Source: Thraustochytrium aureum (lineage: Eukaryota). Taken from it: a DNA stretch of 64,000 nt. Location of the stretch: the NCBI GenBank assembly GCA_012862495.1, contig BLSG01000387.1:1-64000 (forward strand), in the 5' to 3' direction. Numbering within the stretch: the first letter of the stretch is position 1; every line of letters begins with the position of its first letter. Under the pieces are notes generated by a model that worked only from the letters and a program-made list of their open reading frames with translations, did no database searches and was not told the origin of the DNA. Position numbers and translations under genes: made by a program. Of the stretch, positions 54,707 to 64,000 are shown one piece after another.

Positions 54707-54782
54707 CTCGTTTAAAAATGCAAGCTCCATTCGCAGGATCTTCTCGTTTAAAAATGCAAGCTCCATTCGCAGGATCTTCTCG
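54707..54782. repeat. 36-bp tandem repeat running into an assembly gap
   Basis: CTCGTTTAAAAATGCAAGCTCCATTCGCAGGATCTT twice plus the start of a third copy, then Ns. Confidence 0.92.
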
Positions 54783-55736
54783 NNNNNNNNNNNNNNNNNN
54801 NNNNNNNNNNNNNNNNNNNNNNNNNNNNNNNNNNNNNNNNNNNNNNNNNNNNNNNNNNNNNNNNNNNNNNNNNNNNNNNNNNNNNNNNNNNNNNNNNNNN
54901 NNNNNNNNNNNNNNNNNNNNNNNNNNNNNNNNNNNNNNNNNNNNNNNNNNNNNNNNNNNNNNNNNNNNNNNNNNNNNNNNNNNNNNNNNNNNNNNNNNNN
55001 NNNNNNNNNNNNNNNNNNNNNNNNNNNNNNNNNNNNNNNNNTAGCTGCTCTGGAGTTGGCTGGCCGCGTTCGTTCGCTGCAACGACGTCTGCCTTGCAAG
55101 TGTTGACAGGTTTTCCGAGTTGGTGGAAAAGCTGCTAACTTGGCGGGAAAAAAAGACCACCCGCCAAAGCCAGCGGCCAACGGAAGTTGATGAGCACAGA
55201 AAGGGGCCAAACGTCCCAAGAGCCTGACGAAGAGTGGCCTTGCGAATCGCGATGTTGACACGAAACGTGCATTGACGATCGGGTCGAAATCGCTGCACCA
55301 AGCAGGAGAGAAACCTCCTGATGCAGCAGCCGGAGATCCCCAGGTCGTGGCGACGCCAGGAGGACGAACGGGTGAGAAACTGCGCATGATAGCCTACCGC
55401 ACGTTGAGTAGGTAAGAACGAAGACGTTGGCTTCGACAGCGGGCCGACCTTGCCCGCAAATAATGGCCAACTCACTTGTTCACTGTGTTGCTACTGGGTC
55501 GGTTATTTCCATTTTCCAGCCTCCAAGCGGCTCGCCACTTTCTCTGCGCCTCGCCGACCGAGTGGGAGGCAAGCCCTGCGTGGCTGGCGGTACCTTGAGA
55601 GTACTGGACAGTAAATGCCGCATCTTTTGTCCTTGAAATGGTTGTGTGAGAGAGAGTCAACACGCGTGAGAGCCCGAAGGCCAAGCTAGCAGAGCAACGG
55701 GCAGCGCCCGCGAGGACCGGACGAGCGGCCGACAGG

Positions 55737-57071
55737 ATGGCGCCTGGCAGCGGCCACGGCCCAGCTGCCGCGTTCGAGGTTGCGGAGGATGAGACGACGG
55801 GCGAGGTGCAGGATGGCACGAGGGCGGGCGCAGGCGCGGCGCTGAATTACTTTAACCAGCGCGTAGACAGACGCCCGTCCACGGAGGAGGCCTCGGTCCT
55901 TTTGGCTCACGTGCACCAACGAAGACGACCCCACGATTCGAACGAAGCAGACGGCCGCAGCTCGGAGACGCATGCCGCGTCCACAATGAAGTGGACAAAG
56001 TTCCGTGCATGGGGGTTTACACTTCGCCACCGCACTCGAATCATCTATGTTGCAGCGGCTTTCCTCATCGTGGCCGCCATAGTCTCTCTAAACTCGCCTC
56101 GACCGCGTGAAGAGGGCTCCAGCCTTGAGAGGGAGCACGACGTCATGGTTGCCCAACACTTCGCGGACCTCTTTGAGCGCGACCCGGCTTCGTTCACATT
56201 CCACCCCTCGCTTTACTCAGGCGTGACGCTATTGATTACGACTAGGCCGCGCATGGGCCAGCAGTACCTGCCGATCCCCCTCAACACGATCTTGGCGGAT
56301 CCGCGCCACGCATCATTGCGCGTCGTCGTGTGCGACACGTCCCGCACAGACCCGGCCGAGTACGCAACCGCCTTTCCGATCATGGCGGACCTCAAGGCCA
56401 AGTTCCCCTCTCTCGAAGTCAAATCCCCGGGATTGAGCCCCAATTATGCCGGGGCTGAGTGGAGAACCCGCCTGACGTGGGACTATGCAGCATGTTTCGA
56501 CCAAGTGCTTCGCAGCTCGACGATCTCCACGACCAAGTTCATCGTCCGGCTCGAGGACGACGTCGAGCTCGCTGCCAACTTCCTCGACGTCTTTGAGCGT
56601 GTAGTGCAGCCTGCGCTGGAGGACCCAACGGTCAAGTTTGTCAAGCTGTGGGAGGCACGTCCTCAGTGTAGGGCCCCCAAGCACAAGTATATCATCAAGG
56701 AGATTGGCTATGTGAAAGCTGGCGTGGTTGCGATGGCGTATACGGTGGCCAACGCGGCGCGCCACAGTGACCTGATGAAAGCGGTGCTCAAAGGCAAGGC
56801 CGAGGGCCGTTCAGAGGAATTCTTCGACTGGCCGGTGGACTGGATAACGCAAGTAAGCAACGCAGAGTTGGCCAAGCTGCTGCCGGCGAGCCTTGATGGC
56901 ATCGACGCCTCCTCTGGTGAGTGGAGCAAAATCATGCGTGTCTCGCCGTCTCTGGTACAGCATTGGGGACTCTACTCGAGCAATGGACAGAAACGCAAGG
57001 GCCTTAGAGATGCCACCGATTCCTGCTTCTTCGAAAGGCCTGCAGCCCCGAGTCCTACGTCCCTCCCTTAG
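55737..57071 (+). CDS. Type II membrane GT-A glycosyltransferase (GT54/MGAT4- or PGAP4-like)
   Basis: TM IIYVAAAFLIVAAIVSL, LLITTRPR, WDYA, IVRLEDDV, PVDW, PSLVQHWGLYSS. Confidence 0.75.
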   Translation: MAPGSGHGPAAAFEVAEDETTGEVQDGTRAGAGAALNYFNQRVDRRPSTEEASVLLAHVHQRRRPHDSNEADGRSSETHAASTMKWTKFRAWGFTLRHRTRIIYVAAAFLIVAAIVSLNSPRPREEGSSLEREHDVMVAQHFADLFERDPASFTFHPSLYSGVTLLITTRPRMGQQYLPIPLNTILADPRHASLRVVVCDTSRTDPAEYATAFPIMADLKAKFPSLEVKSPGLSPNYAGAEWRTRLTWDYAACFDQVLRSSTISTTKFIVRLEDDVELAANFLDVFERVVQPALEDPTVKFVKLWEARPQCRAPKHKYIIKEIGYVKAGVVAMAYTVANAARHSDLMKAVLKGKAEGRSEEFFDWPVDWITQVSNAELAKLLPASLDGIDASSGEWSKIMRVSPSLVQHWGLYSSNGQKRKGLRDATDSCFFERPAAPSPTSLP

Positions 57072-57902
57072 TAGCAGCTTCGGTTGATGTGCCGCATGAG
57101 GTTGGGGCGACACTACGCTGCGCTAGAAGAGACCAGAGGCGCGACCTCGAAAAGATGATCTATACGGCGCAGCCGACCTTGTTGGTTGAAAAGCAGGGCC
57201 AACATGGATGTCTCGCTGCGCCACGGAGCGGCTCGCTGGAGAGGACGAAGCCCAGCCCGAAGAGGACCGGATCCAAACCCAAATACAAACCATCGGTACT
57301 TGGCCTAATTTGCGTCATTTTATTCTTTTTACACGTTTTGAAACTTGACGGAAAAGCAAACCTTGCGGTGCTGACACAAGTCGTCCGTGACAGACGTGCT
57401 GATGGTTGACTGACTACCTGCGGATCAAAGTCGTCGGCTTTCGCACCAATGCGCGAAACCATCCTCAAGGCAGTCCTCCTGCCGAAACAACTTGCTCGCG
57501 AAACGAGCGAAGGCACGCGCCGCTTGCGAGCAAGCCCCAACCGCCAGCGGCTTGCATCACGAAAGGCGCCGATGCCTCGTCGGAGTGCGTCGCGTTGGAG
57601 TCTGTGCGAGATCGAACGAGCAAAGACAGAGGGGTTTTTCGCAGGATTGCGGGCATAGAGCCGTTTCGAATGCGCGAAAAGGCATGTTGCTGACGTCGGC
57701 GGCGATTGACGCGATGCGGTGCTCGCACGAATGAGTGCAGGCGGCGCCTGACGTCGTGGTGGCCCAGCCGAGCCTCGTCTGCGATATCCTGGACGGCGAA
57801 CGGGAGATTTTAGATGGACCTGGCGTCGGTTTGGCCGCAAAGCACGGGACGCGCTGACGGCGTCCTCCAGGTCGTGGACGTTGCGGCTGGTGTCGCGGCG
57901 GG

Positions 57903-59597
57903 ATGGCGATGCGATGGGTCAAGTGGCAGCTGGCGGCGCTGACAGGTCGCGATGATGTTTTGAAGAAGAAGCGGCCGCGCGCGAAGCGCGACAAGGTGAC
58001 CAATGACCCGCGAGAACGAGAGCTCGAGCGCGAGTGGTTTTACGCCTTTGTGGACCGGAGCGTGAGGAGCAAGACGCGCCTGTGGCTCACGCGGCCCGAG
58101 ATGGACGCCGTCGCGCTGCTGTTTGACCGGTTTGCGGAGAGCGAGGAAAGGCTCAGGAAAGTCGAGTTTGTCCAGGCGGCGCTTTGCGCCAGCGGCGTTG
58201 GCCAGGGCTACCGGTCGCCGCTCAACGCGCAAGACCTAGAGGCAGTGGTGGCAGTCTTTGACCACGCGCGAGTGCGGCACCGCAGCAGCTTTGTTATCCC
58301 AGGCAAGCAGCACCCTTACATAGAGGAGCGACGCCGGCGAACACTTCGGTTTAAAGTCCGCCAAGTGTTGTCTCAGCCCTTGAGCCTGATGGCCAGCGCA
58401 GACTCGGATCAACTTGACGAGCAAGCGGCGCACGAGCGCCGCGCCGTCGAGGCAGACGCTCAAGCAATCTGCCTCCACGAGCTACTACTCTCCGTTTCTT
58501 TCTGGAAGCGGCTCGCGCACGCCTGGGATGGCGCTGAGGCGGACGACGTCAACTTCTTTTTCTTTCTGTTCGACACTTCGAACAAGCGGCGATGGACAGA
58601 AGGCGACTTTGCCGGTGCGATGCGAGCGATGCTCGAGGGCGTGTACATCTCCGACTACGAGGACCCCGTGGAGATTCCCTTGGACTGCGATCCCAACGAG
58701 CGCATCAGGCAAGAGGAGGAGGAGGCCTATTTTCGCGACCTCGACGACCTCGACGAGGCGACCCTGGGCGCCGGCAAGCGCGGCTCAAAGCGCAAAAACC
58801 TCATCGACCGCTACCTAGACGTGGTCTTTGACGACATCGACCGGGCCGCGATGGGCAGCATCGACACGCAGGACGTCGAGGAATGGCTTGAGGAGAACGG
58901 CTCGGCAGCGGCAGCCGAGTACGAGGGGAAGAACGACAAGGGAGAGTCGCTCTTGGAAGCTGCGTTTGCGAGCGTCGGGGCGCCCGATTTGACATTTGGG
59001 CGCGACAAGTTTTACGCCTTCATCGAAAACTCCCACATTCTCGCCCACACGCTCGCCGCGCGGGTGGAGGAGAAGCTGTTCCAGCTTTCGCGCCAAGTTG
59101 CTCGCGAAGAGCTCAGTATTGAGGACAAGGGGGGCGTTTCGTTGCAAGACTTTCGATCTTTTCTTCGCGCGTCCGAGGACCGCCGGGTCGCTTCGATGGT
59201 TGTGCGCGTGGCCCGGGCGGTCCGCATGAGAGCAGCCCAGGTTCCCGAGGCGGGCAGCGCGACACTGCTTGATATTCTTGCGTTCCAGTTGGGCAAGCCA
59301 AAGTTCCAAGAGCTGCGGTCTCTGGGCGATGGGGACTCCAAGTCTTTGCAGCAAATCGCAAAGTCCAAGTCCCTGAGGTCGCAGTCGCTAACAGCGCTAC
59401 GCAAGGCCTTCTCCACGCTCTCGCCCCTTGAGCAAGTCAAAATCGCTCCGCTCCCCGAATCAGTAGCGCTTCCGCTACTTGTGCGCCCCCCCCCGCTGAG
59501 AAATTGGCGTCAAGCGACATGGTGGGGAGCGACGGCTCGGCGCTTCTGGCACCTCCGCGGGTTGGGGGGGCAAGAGTCCGCTGCGCGGGAAGAGTAA
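57903..59597 (+). CDS. Hypothetical protein with EF-hand-like motifs
   Basis: 564 codons open. FLFDTSNKRRWTEGDF, FDDIDRAAMGSIDTQDVEEWL and EDKGGVSLQDFRSFL resemble degenerate EF hands. Confidence 0.7.
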   Translation: MAMRWVKWQLAALTGRDDVLKKKRPRAKRDKVTNDPRERELEREWFYAFVDRSVRSKTRLWLTRPEMDAVALLFDRFAESEERLRKVEFVQAALCASGVGQGYRSPLNAQDLEAVVAVFDHARVRHRSSFVIPGKQHPYIEERRRRTLRFKVRQVLSQPLSLMASADSDQLDEQAAHERRAVEADAQAICLHELLLSVSFWKRLAHAWDGAEADDVNFFFFLFDTSNKRRWTEGDFAGAMRAMLEGVYISDYEDPVEIPLDCDPNERIRQEEEEAYFRDLDDLDEATLGAGKRGSKRKNLIDRYLDVVFDDIDRAAMGSIDTQDVEEWLEENGSAAAAEYEGKNDKGESLLEAAFASVGAPDLTFGRDKFYAFIENSHILAHTLAARVEEKLFQLSRQVAREELSIEDKGGVSLQDFRSFLRASEDRRVASMVVRVARAVRMRAAQVPEAGSATLLDILAFQLGKPKFQELRSLGDGDSKSLQQIAKSKSLRSQSLTALRKAFSTLSPLEQVKIAPLPESVALPLLVRPPPLRNWRQATWWGATARRFWHLRGLGGQESAAREE

Positions 59598-60435
59598 GAC
59601 GTAAGACGCGATATCTTATGGGGGTTACGGAGCTCCTCGCTCGTGGTCTCCCTGGCTTGCCCAGCGCTTGCTTTGCAGACATCAGTCAAAGTGCGGGCTG
59701 CTCAGGGGCGTCTTGCTTGGCGCGTTTCGCGTGATAAACGCGGTCGAGCATCAGAGTGCAATCTGGGTATGGAATGGCCTGCATTCTTGCAGAATTGGAC
59801 GCCGCAAACAGAGCACTTGTTCGTGGTTTGTGCGGAATCACGGACTTTAGTGTTTCACGCCGCCGCCGTTGCCGCAGCTTTTGCAGCACACGACGCATCG
59901 AAACCTCTTCCTGCCTCTGTCGCATGCGTGGCAGCCTGGTCAAGGCGAAGTTAGATCATGTACGTTTGGCGTTTGCGGGCTGCAGACGGCGTCGCTTCGG
60001 GTGTTTCGGCAAACGAGGGGCTGCGGGACTTTTTTTGCGCTTTCGCGGGTTGCGCCGGGGGCGTGGTTGATGCATTTGCCGCGACCGCCTCGATGAAGGC
60101 AGAGCGGGAGCAAAGCATACGTGCTCTTTGAGCAACAGTGGTTGAGGGTCGTCAAGCGCTTTCCAAAGGTTGACCAGGAAAGCCTCGTATGCCTCCGCAC
60201 GACCGCGAGCTGCAAGGGCTTGCTTGAAAGTCTTCTCGCACTCTAGGCCAGCTCGGATGCTCTCTAACTGGTGCACTCGGAAGGCGAAGGCGTTGTTGAA
60301 CGATCTGTGGATGCTCAAAGCGGCTACATCCTGGACTGAGCCTGTTTGTCCAGCTCCATGCGCCCCCGTCCTGGACCGAGCCTGTTATTTGTTTTGTTTG
60401 CTCATGAATGTAATTCAAACAAGAAAAGAAGAAAG

Positions 60436-62314
60436 CTATGCATTTGCGAGCTGCTTGGCGAGCTGCTCGAGAGCCGGCCACACCGCGCCGAGCCGCTCTG
60501 CAGCGCCCTCGACAGTCTGCTCGCTGGAGAGATACAGAACGAGCCTCCCTGTGGGCGTCACAGCGGCGCGGTCTTCCACGAGGCTCGAACCACTTGCGAA
60601 GGTCGCGGCGCGGCTTGCCTCCTCAATACCCGGCACACGACGAGCACCAGCTCGGGCAAGCGCTGCGTCGACTTGAATAGAGCACCAACAAGTCGCGGTC
60701 GCGTCTTCTACGATAAGAATGCTTCCACCGGCGCCAGACTGGTGTCCAAAGAGCTCGTCCAAAACGCTTGCGGCGCCCTTTTCGTCCAGCTCGACTATTT
60801 CTGTGGCGCCAGGCACGAGGCCCTTTCGGTGCGCAAGGAAATCTGCGATCCCTCCAGGCGTTGCTCGTGGCAAAGCGCCAATTCTCTCCAGGCGCTTGAG
60901 TGACACGGTCGGCAGCGAGCGCGAGGCAGGGGCTGGTGCAAGTGGTTTGCAAAGGAGCGATTGGGCCCGGATATCACCGATGACGAGAGCAGAGACGAGA
61001 GTGCCCTTGGAGATGGTTGGATTTCCATACTGGCCCGCGCTCGGCAGCTCAAGCAGGACATCTGCTCGGAGCATGGACGGAAGCGCGCTGCTTCGCTGGA
61101 AACCCGTAGACTCAGCGAACAAGGTCTCCTCCCCGGAAGCTGCTTCGCCGCGAACGAGTCGGGCGCGGTGATACTCGGGGCGCACCGCATCAAGCGCAAG
61201 GTCGCGGCTCAAACGGCACCAAATTCGCGCCGGAAGCGGGTTTGCCCACCCGGCAAGAACGCGGAGTGCAGGCGCCACGAGGAGATGAAACGTGACAATG
61301 CTCGAGACTGGATTTCCGGGTACGGCAAATACGAGCAGCGGCGCTTGCCCTTGCCGCGGTAGGCTTGCAAACACAAGCGGTTTGCCCGGCTTCATGAAGA
61401 TCTTGGAGACGTGGATAGTGCCCCGCCGGCTGAGCGTCCCGCGGACAAAGTCGCGCCTGCCCATGCTCACCGCGCCGCTCGTCAGCAGGACGTCCAGGCC
61501 CGGCCCTGCTTGGGCAAGCGCACGATCAAGCCACGAGTCGTCCTGCGCATCAGCGTCGGCGTCGCGGCAGATGCCGAGGTCGACAGTGTCGGCTCCGCCA
61601 TTGCACGGGAGCGCGGCGTCGACAAGCACCATCGGCCGGTTGGCGTCATAGATGCGGTGAGCCCCCTCCTCTGGAGCAGGCCCGTCGCTAGCGCTACTGG
61701 CATCCAGAAGCTCATCGCCTGTGGACATAACGGCGAAGCGGGGCCGCCTGACGACTGACACGGACTGTTGGCCGAACATGGCGAGCAGGCCGATTTTGCC
61801 GCTGTCCAGCACCTCTCCGCGCGCGAGGAGCGGGGTGCCTCGCGCCACGTCAGAGGCGACTTGTCGGACGTCAGTGCCCGGCTTGATCCCGCGAGTCGCA
61901 ATTGTGATGGCGTTGCTGGTGCTGGCTGGCGAGGTTTTCTCCACCTCCACCACGGCGTCAAACCCGTTCGGGATGGCGCTCCCAGTGGTCACATAAACAA
62001 CGTGGGGGGGCGCATCCTCGGCCGTCTCCAGGCCAGCAGCGCTCTGCCCTGCGACCACGCTCGCCGCCACGGCGAACGGCGCTGCAAGGTCGGTCTCGGC
62101 GTTGAGTTGGCTGCTCCGCACTGCATACCCATCCTTGATGCTCGTCGGAGCGCTGGGCACGTCCCACGGCGCCGCCCAGTCGCTCGCGAGCACGCGGCCT
62201 GCAGCCTTTGCCAGCGGGACTCGTTCGGCTTCCGCTCTGTCGGCTCGAGCTGCACTTCGGGCGTGTTCCAGCACGGTCGCCACCGCCTCACTCACCGGCG
62301 TGAGGCCAGCCCAT
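60436..62314 (-). CDS. Molybdopterin molybdotransferase (MoeA / gephyrin-Cnx1 E domain) with C-terminal extension
   Basis: GRVLA, SIKDGYAV, VTTGSAIP.GFDAVVEVE, STGDEL, IYDANRP, TSGAVSMGRRD, MKPGKP, PGNPVS, RPEYHR, STGFQRSS. The nearest ATG (62314) is 1 nt out of frame. Confidence 0.92.
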
Positions 62315-62752
62315 CTCGCGGCTGCAGCTCTGCGCGGGCCGCGCCGTGCAGCTGCTCGCGTGACCGGACGGGCGCCGTCCTGTCCTCGGCGTCTGGGGCG
62401 GTGGCGAACTGCGGTGCCGAGGCGGATTGCCGGCTTGCAAGCGAGGCGAGTCTCCAACGCGGCGGTGTTCGAAGGGCTGGCTGTCTTTGTGGGCGCTCGT
62501 GAGCTGGGCCTGCGCTGCGCTGCCTGCCTGCGTGCGTGCGTGCGTGGTCGCGTGCGTGCGTGGCTGCAATCTGGGCTTTGCGTTGCAAGGTTGGAGAGTT
62601 GTATTGTACAATAAATAGAACTCTCTAGCTAGCTAGAACGACGTCGAGGCGCGTTGCGACTGGCGGTTGCCGCGGCGCGCAGCAGCTGCGGCCTGCACTG
62701 CAGCCGTTGTAGGCAGGCTCCGTCTGCCGCCTGGGTGCGCTCAGCGGAGGGG

Positions 62753-63120
62753 CTAGAGCTTGTCCTCGATTATGCCAGACTCGAGGTCGGCGGCCGGCCC
62801 ACCAGATGCCACGATTTCGCCAGCGGCAGGCTCGCTCCCTTCGTCAGAGTCGGCGCCATCATCAGCAGGGTTGGAGCTTGTCGAGGTGCGGCCCGCCTCA
62901 ATGGCCGAGTCACGGAGGGACCTGCTGAACGACTCGGACAAGGAGACGCCGCAGCGCTGCCAATACACCACAACAGCTGTGAGCAGGCACGTCAGAGCCA
63001 CGAAGGCGCCGACGACTGCGCCGGTGGGCGCCTTGCTGCTGCCCTCTGTCTCTTTGTCCACCACGGTGGGATCAGTTCCGCCAATGGTGGCTTGCGCGGC
63101 CGCGCAGCTGGCTGCCAAAG
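62753..63120 (-). CDS. Probable terminal exon of a single-pass membrane protein
   Basis: TM GAVVGAFVALTCLLTAVVVYW followed by a polar tail. TTCTAG acceptor at ~63121 and a candidate GTACCA donor at ~63229. Upstream exons not resolved. Confidence 0.45.
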
Positions 63121-64000
63121 CTAGAACAGCGAACCGCGTGAGATCTGATTTTGACTGTCATCTTTCTGCGTTGCCCGTCCGCCTTTCGCGCCTGCTCGTT
63201 CCGCTCGCGCTCCTGAACTCCTCTGGTACCGCTCTGGAATGTGGCTTGCCGGCTCGCATCGCAAGTCGTTGCTGTCACGAACAACTCGATTCGGGTCTGC
63301 CAGCCTCATTGGCAGCTCAACTCTACTTGCAAACAGAGGCATGTCGCAAAGTGCTCGCCAAGCACTGGAGGCGGGCGCCTCCTTTGCCTGCCTTCATGCA
63401 GCAGCGCAGAGCCAACTTGCCACCACGACCACGACATTGATCAGCTCAGGCTCGTCCCTCTCTCTCAGGCCCATCCTACGAATCGGCGACCACAATGAAT
63501 TCCGAGTCGGCGACCACCACGACACGAAACTGGTACTCACCGGCCGACTCCCTCACAGCCGCTCGCCCCTTGGGGTTGGTTTATCTGGGCCGCTTTCCGC
63601 GGCGCCGCGCTGTTCGTCTGTTGTTGCGCAGTTTCTTCTCCCTGCAGCCGACGACCAAGAGGTAGGTAGGCGCTCCCGACCCTGTTGGGAGGAGGAGCCT
63701 GGCCTCCGCTCGCTTGTCGGTCTGCCTGCAGGCCAAGCCACACAGTCAAGCCTGCAGAAGGCAAGTATGTAGTAGTGGTCCGCTCGTTCGTTCGCCCTGC
63801 TGTGTGGCCGGACACGCGCGAGGGAATCCGCGTTGAGGAGCCCTGGTGGAAATCGAGTCCAGCGACGCCCGGGTGAAGATACCAAAGACATCTATCAGTA
63901 CCGGTACCTACTCCACCACGAGCTGGAGAAGAGCCGACCCTCGAGCGCGCTTGCTCGGACGCTTCGCTGGGCTGCCTTGCTTCGCTCTGCTCAGGCTGGT

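Noticed and set aside
54707..54782. 36-bp repeat of CRISPR-like length
   Set aside because: Copies are directly adjacent with no spacers, no cas genes are present and the context is eukaryotic.
59956..60318. 120-aa minus-strand ORF with a basic tail
   Set aside because: No ATG start or recognisable domain; cannot be supported as a gene.

Overview
GC-rich, gene-dense, intron-poor eukaryotic nuclear DNA from a draft scaffold with 10 N-gaps. It has short GT-AG introns, mitochondrial proteins, NMT, a RhoGEF and a class C GPCR. The style suggests a heterotrophic protist such as a thraustochytrid/labyrinthulomycete stramenopile, but that is inference only. About 27 protein-coding genes are supported. 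Recognisable families: TACO1/YebC, a DH-PH/PDZ/DH-PH RhoGEF, a spliced LYR protein missed by the ORF track, NMT, NDUFA4/B12D-like, FAH-family hydratase, a double-Venus-flytrap class C GPCR, a zinc-less DHFC palmitoyltransferase-like protein, CPPED1, ankyrin, PGM3, UCP-like carrier, LRR, GST, ABHD13, FYVE-like/flavin monooxygenase, AidB-like ACAD, SDR, GST-like/tandem ProX, NDUFAF7-like, a glycosyltransferase, an EF-hand-like protein and MoeA/gephyrin. The best candidate for a new system is at ~32169-34854: a single-pass receptor with ectodomain + EGF + TM + CHAT caspase-like protease (His/Cys dyad present) + STAND/NB-ARC NTPase and no C-terminal sensor repeats. Genome-level patterns: 6-7 single-base frameshifts in conserved genes (probably assembly errors, the -1 class sharing a strand-independent CCCGA/TCGGG context), tandem duplications at stop codons, CGTCAC/GTGACG clusters in divergent promoters, and GCNN microsatellites upstream of start codons. 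No rRNA, tRNA or CRISPR array was recognised. All family calls come from motif recognition by eye, not database searches.
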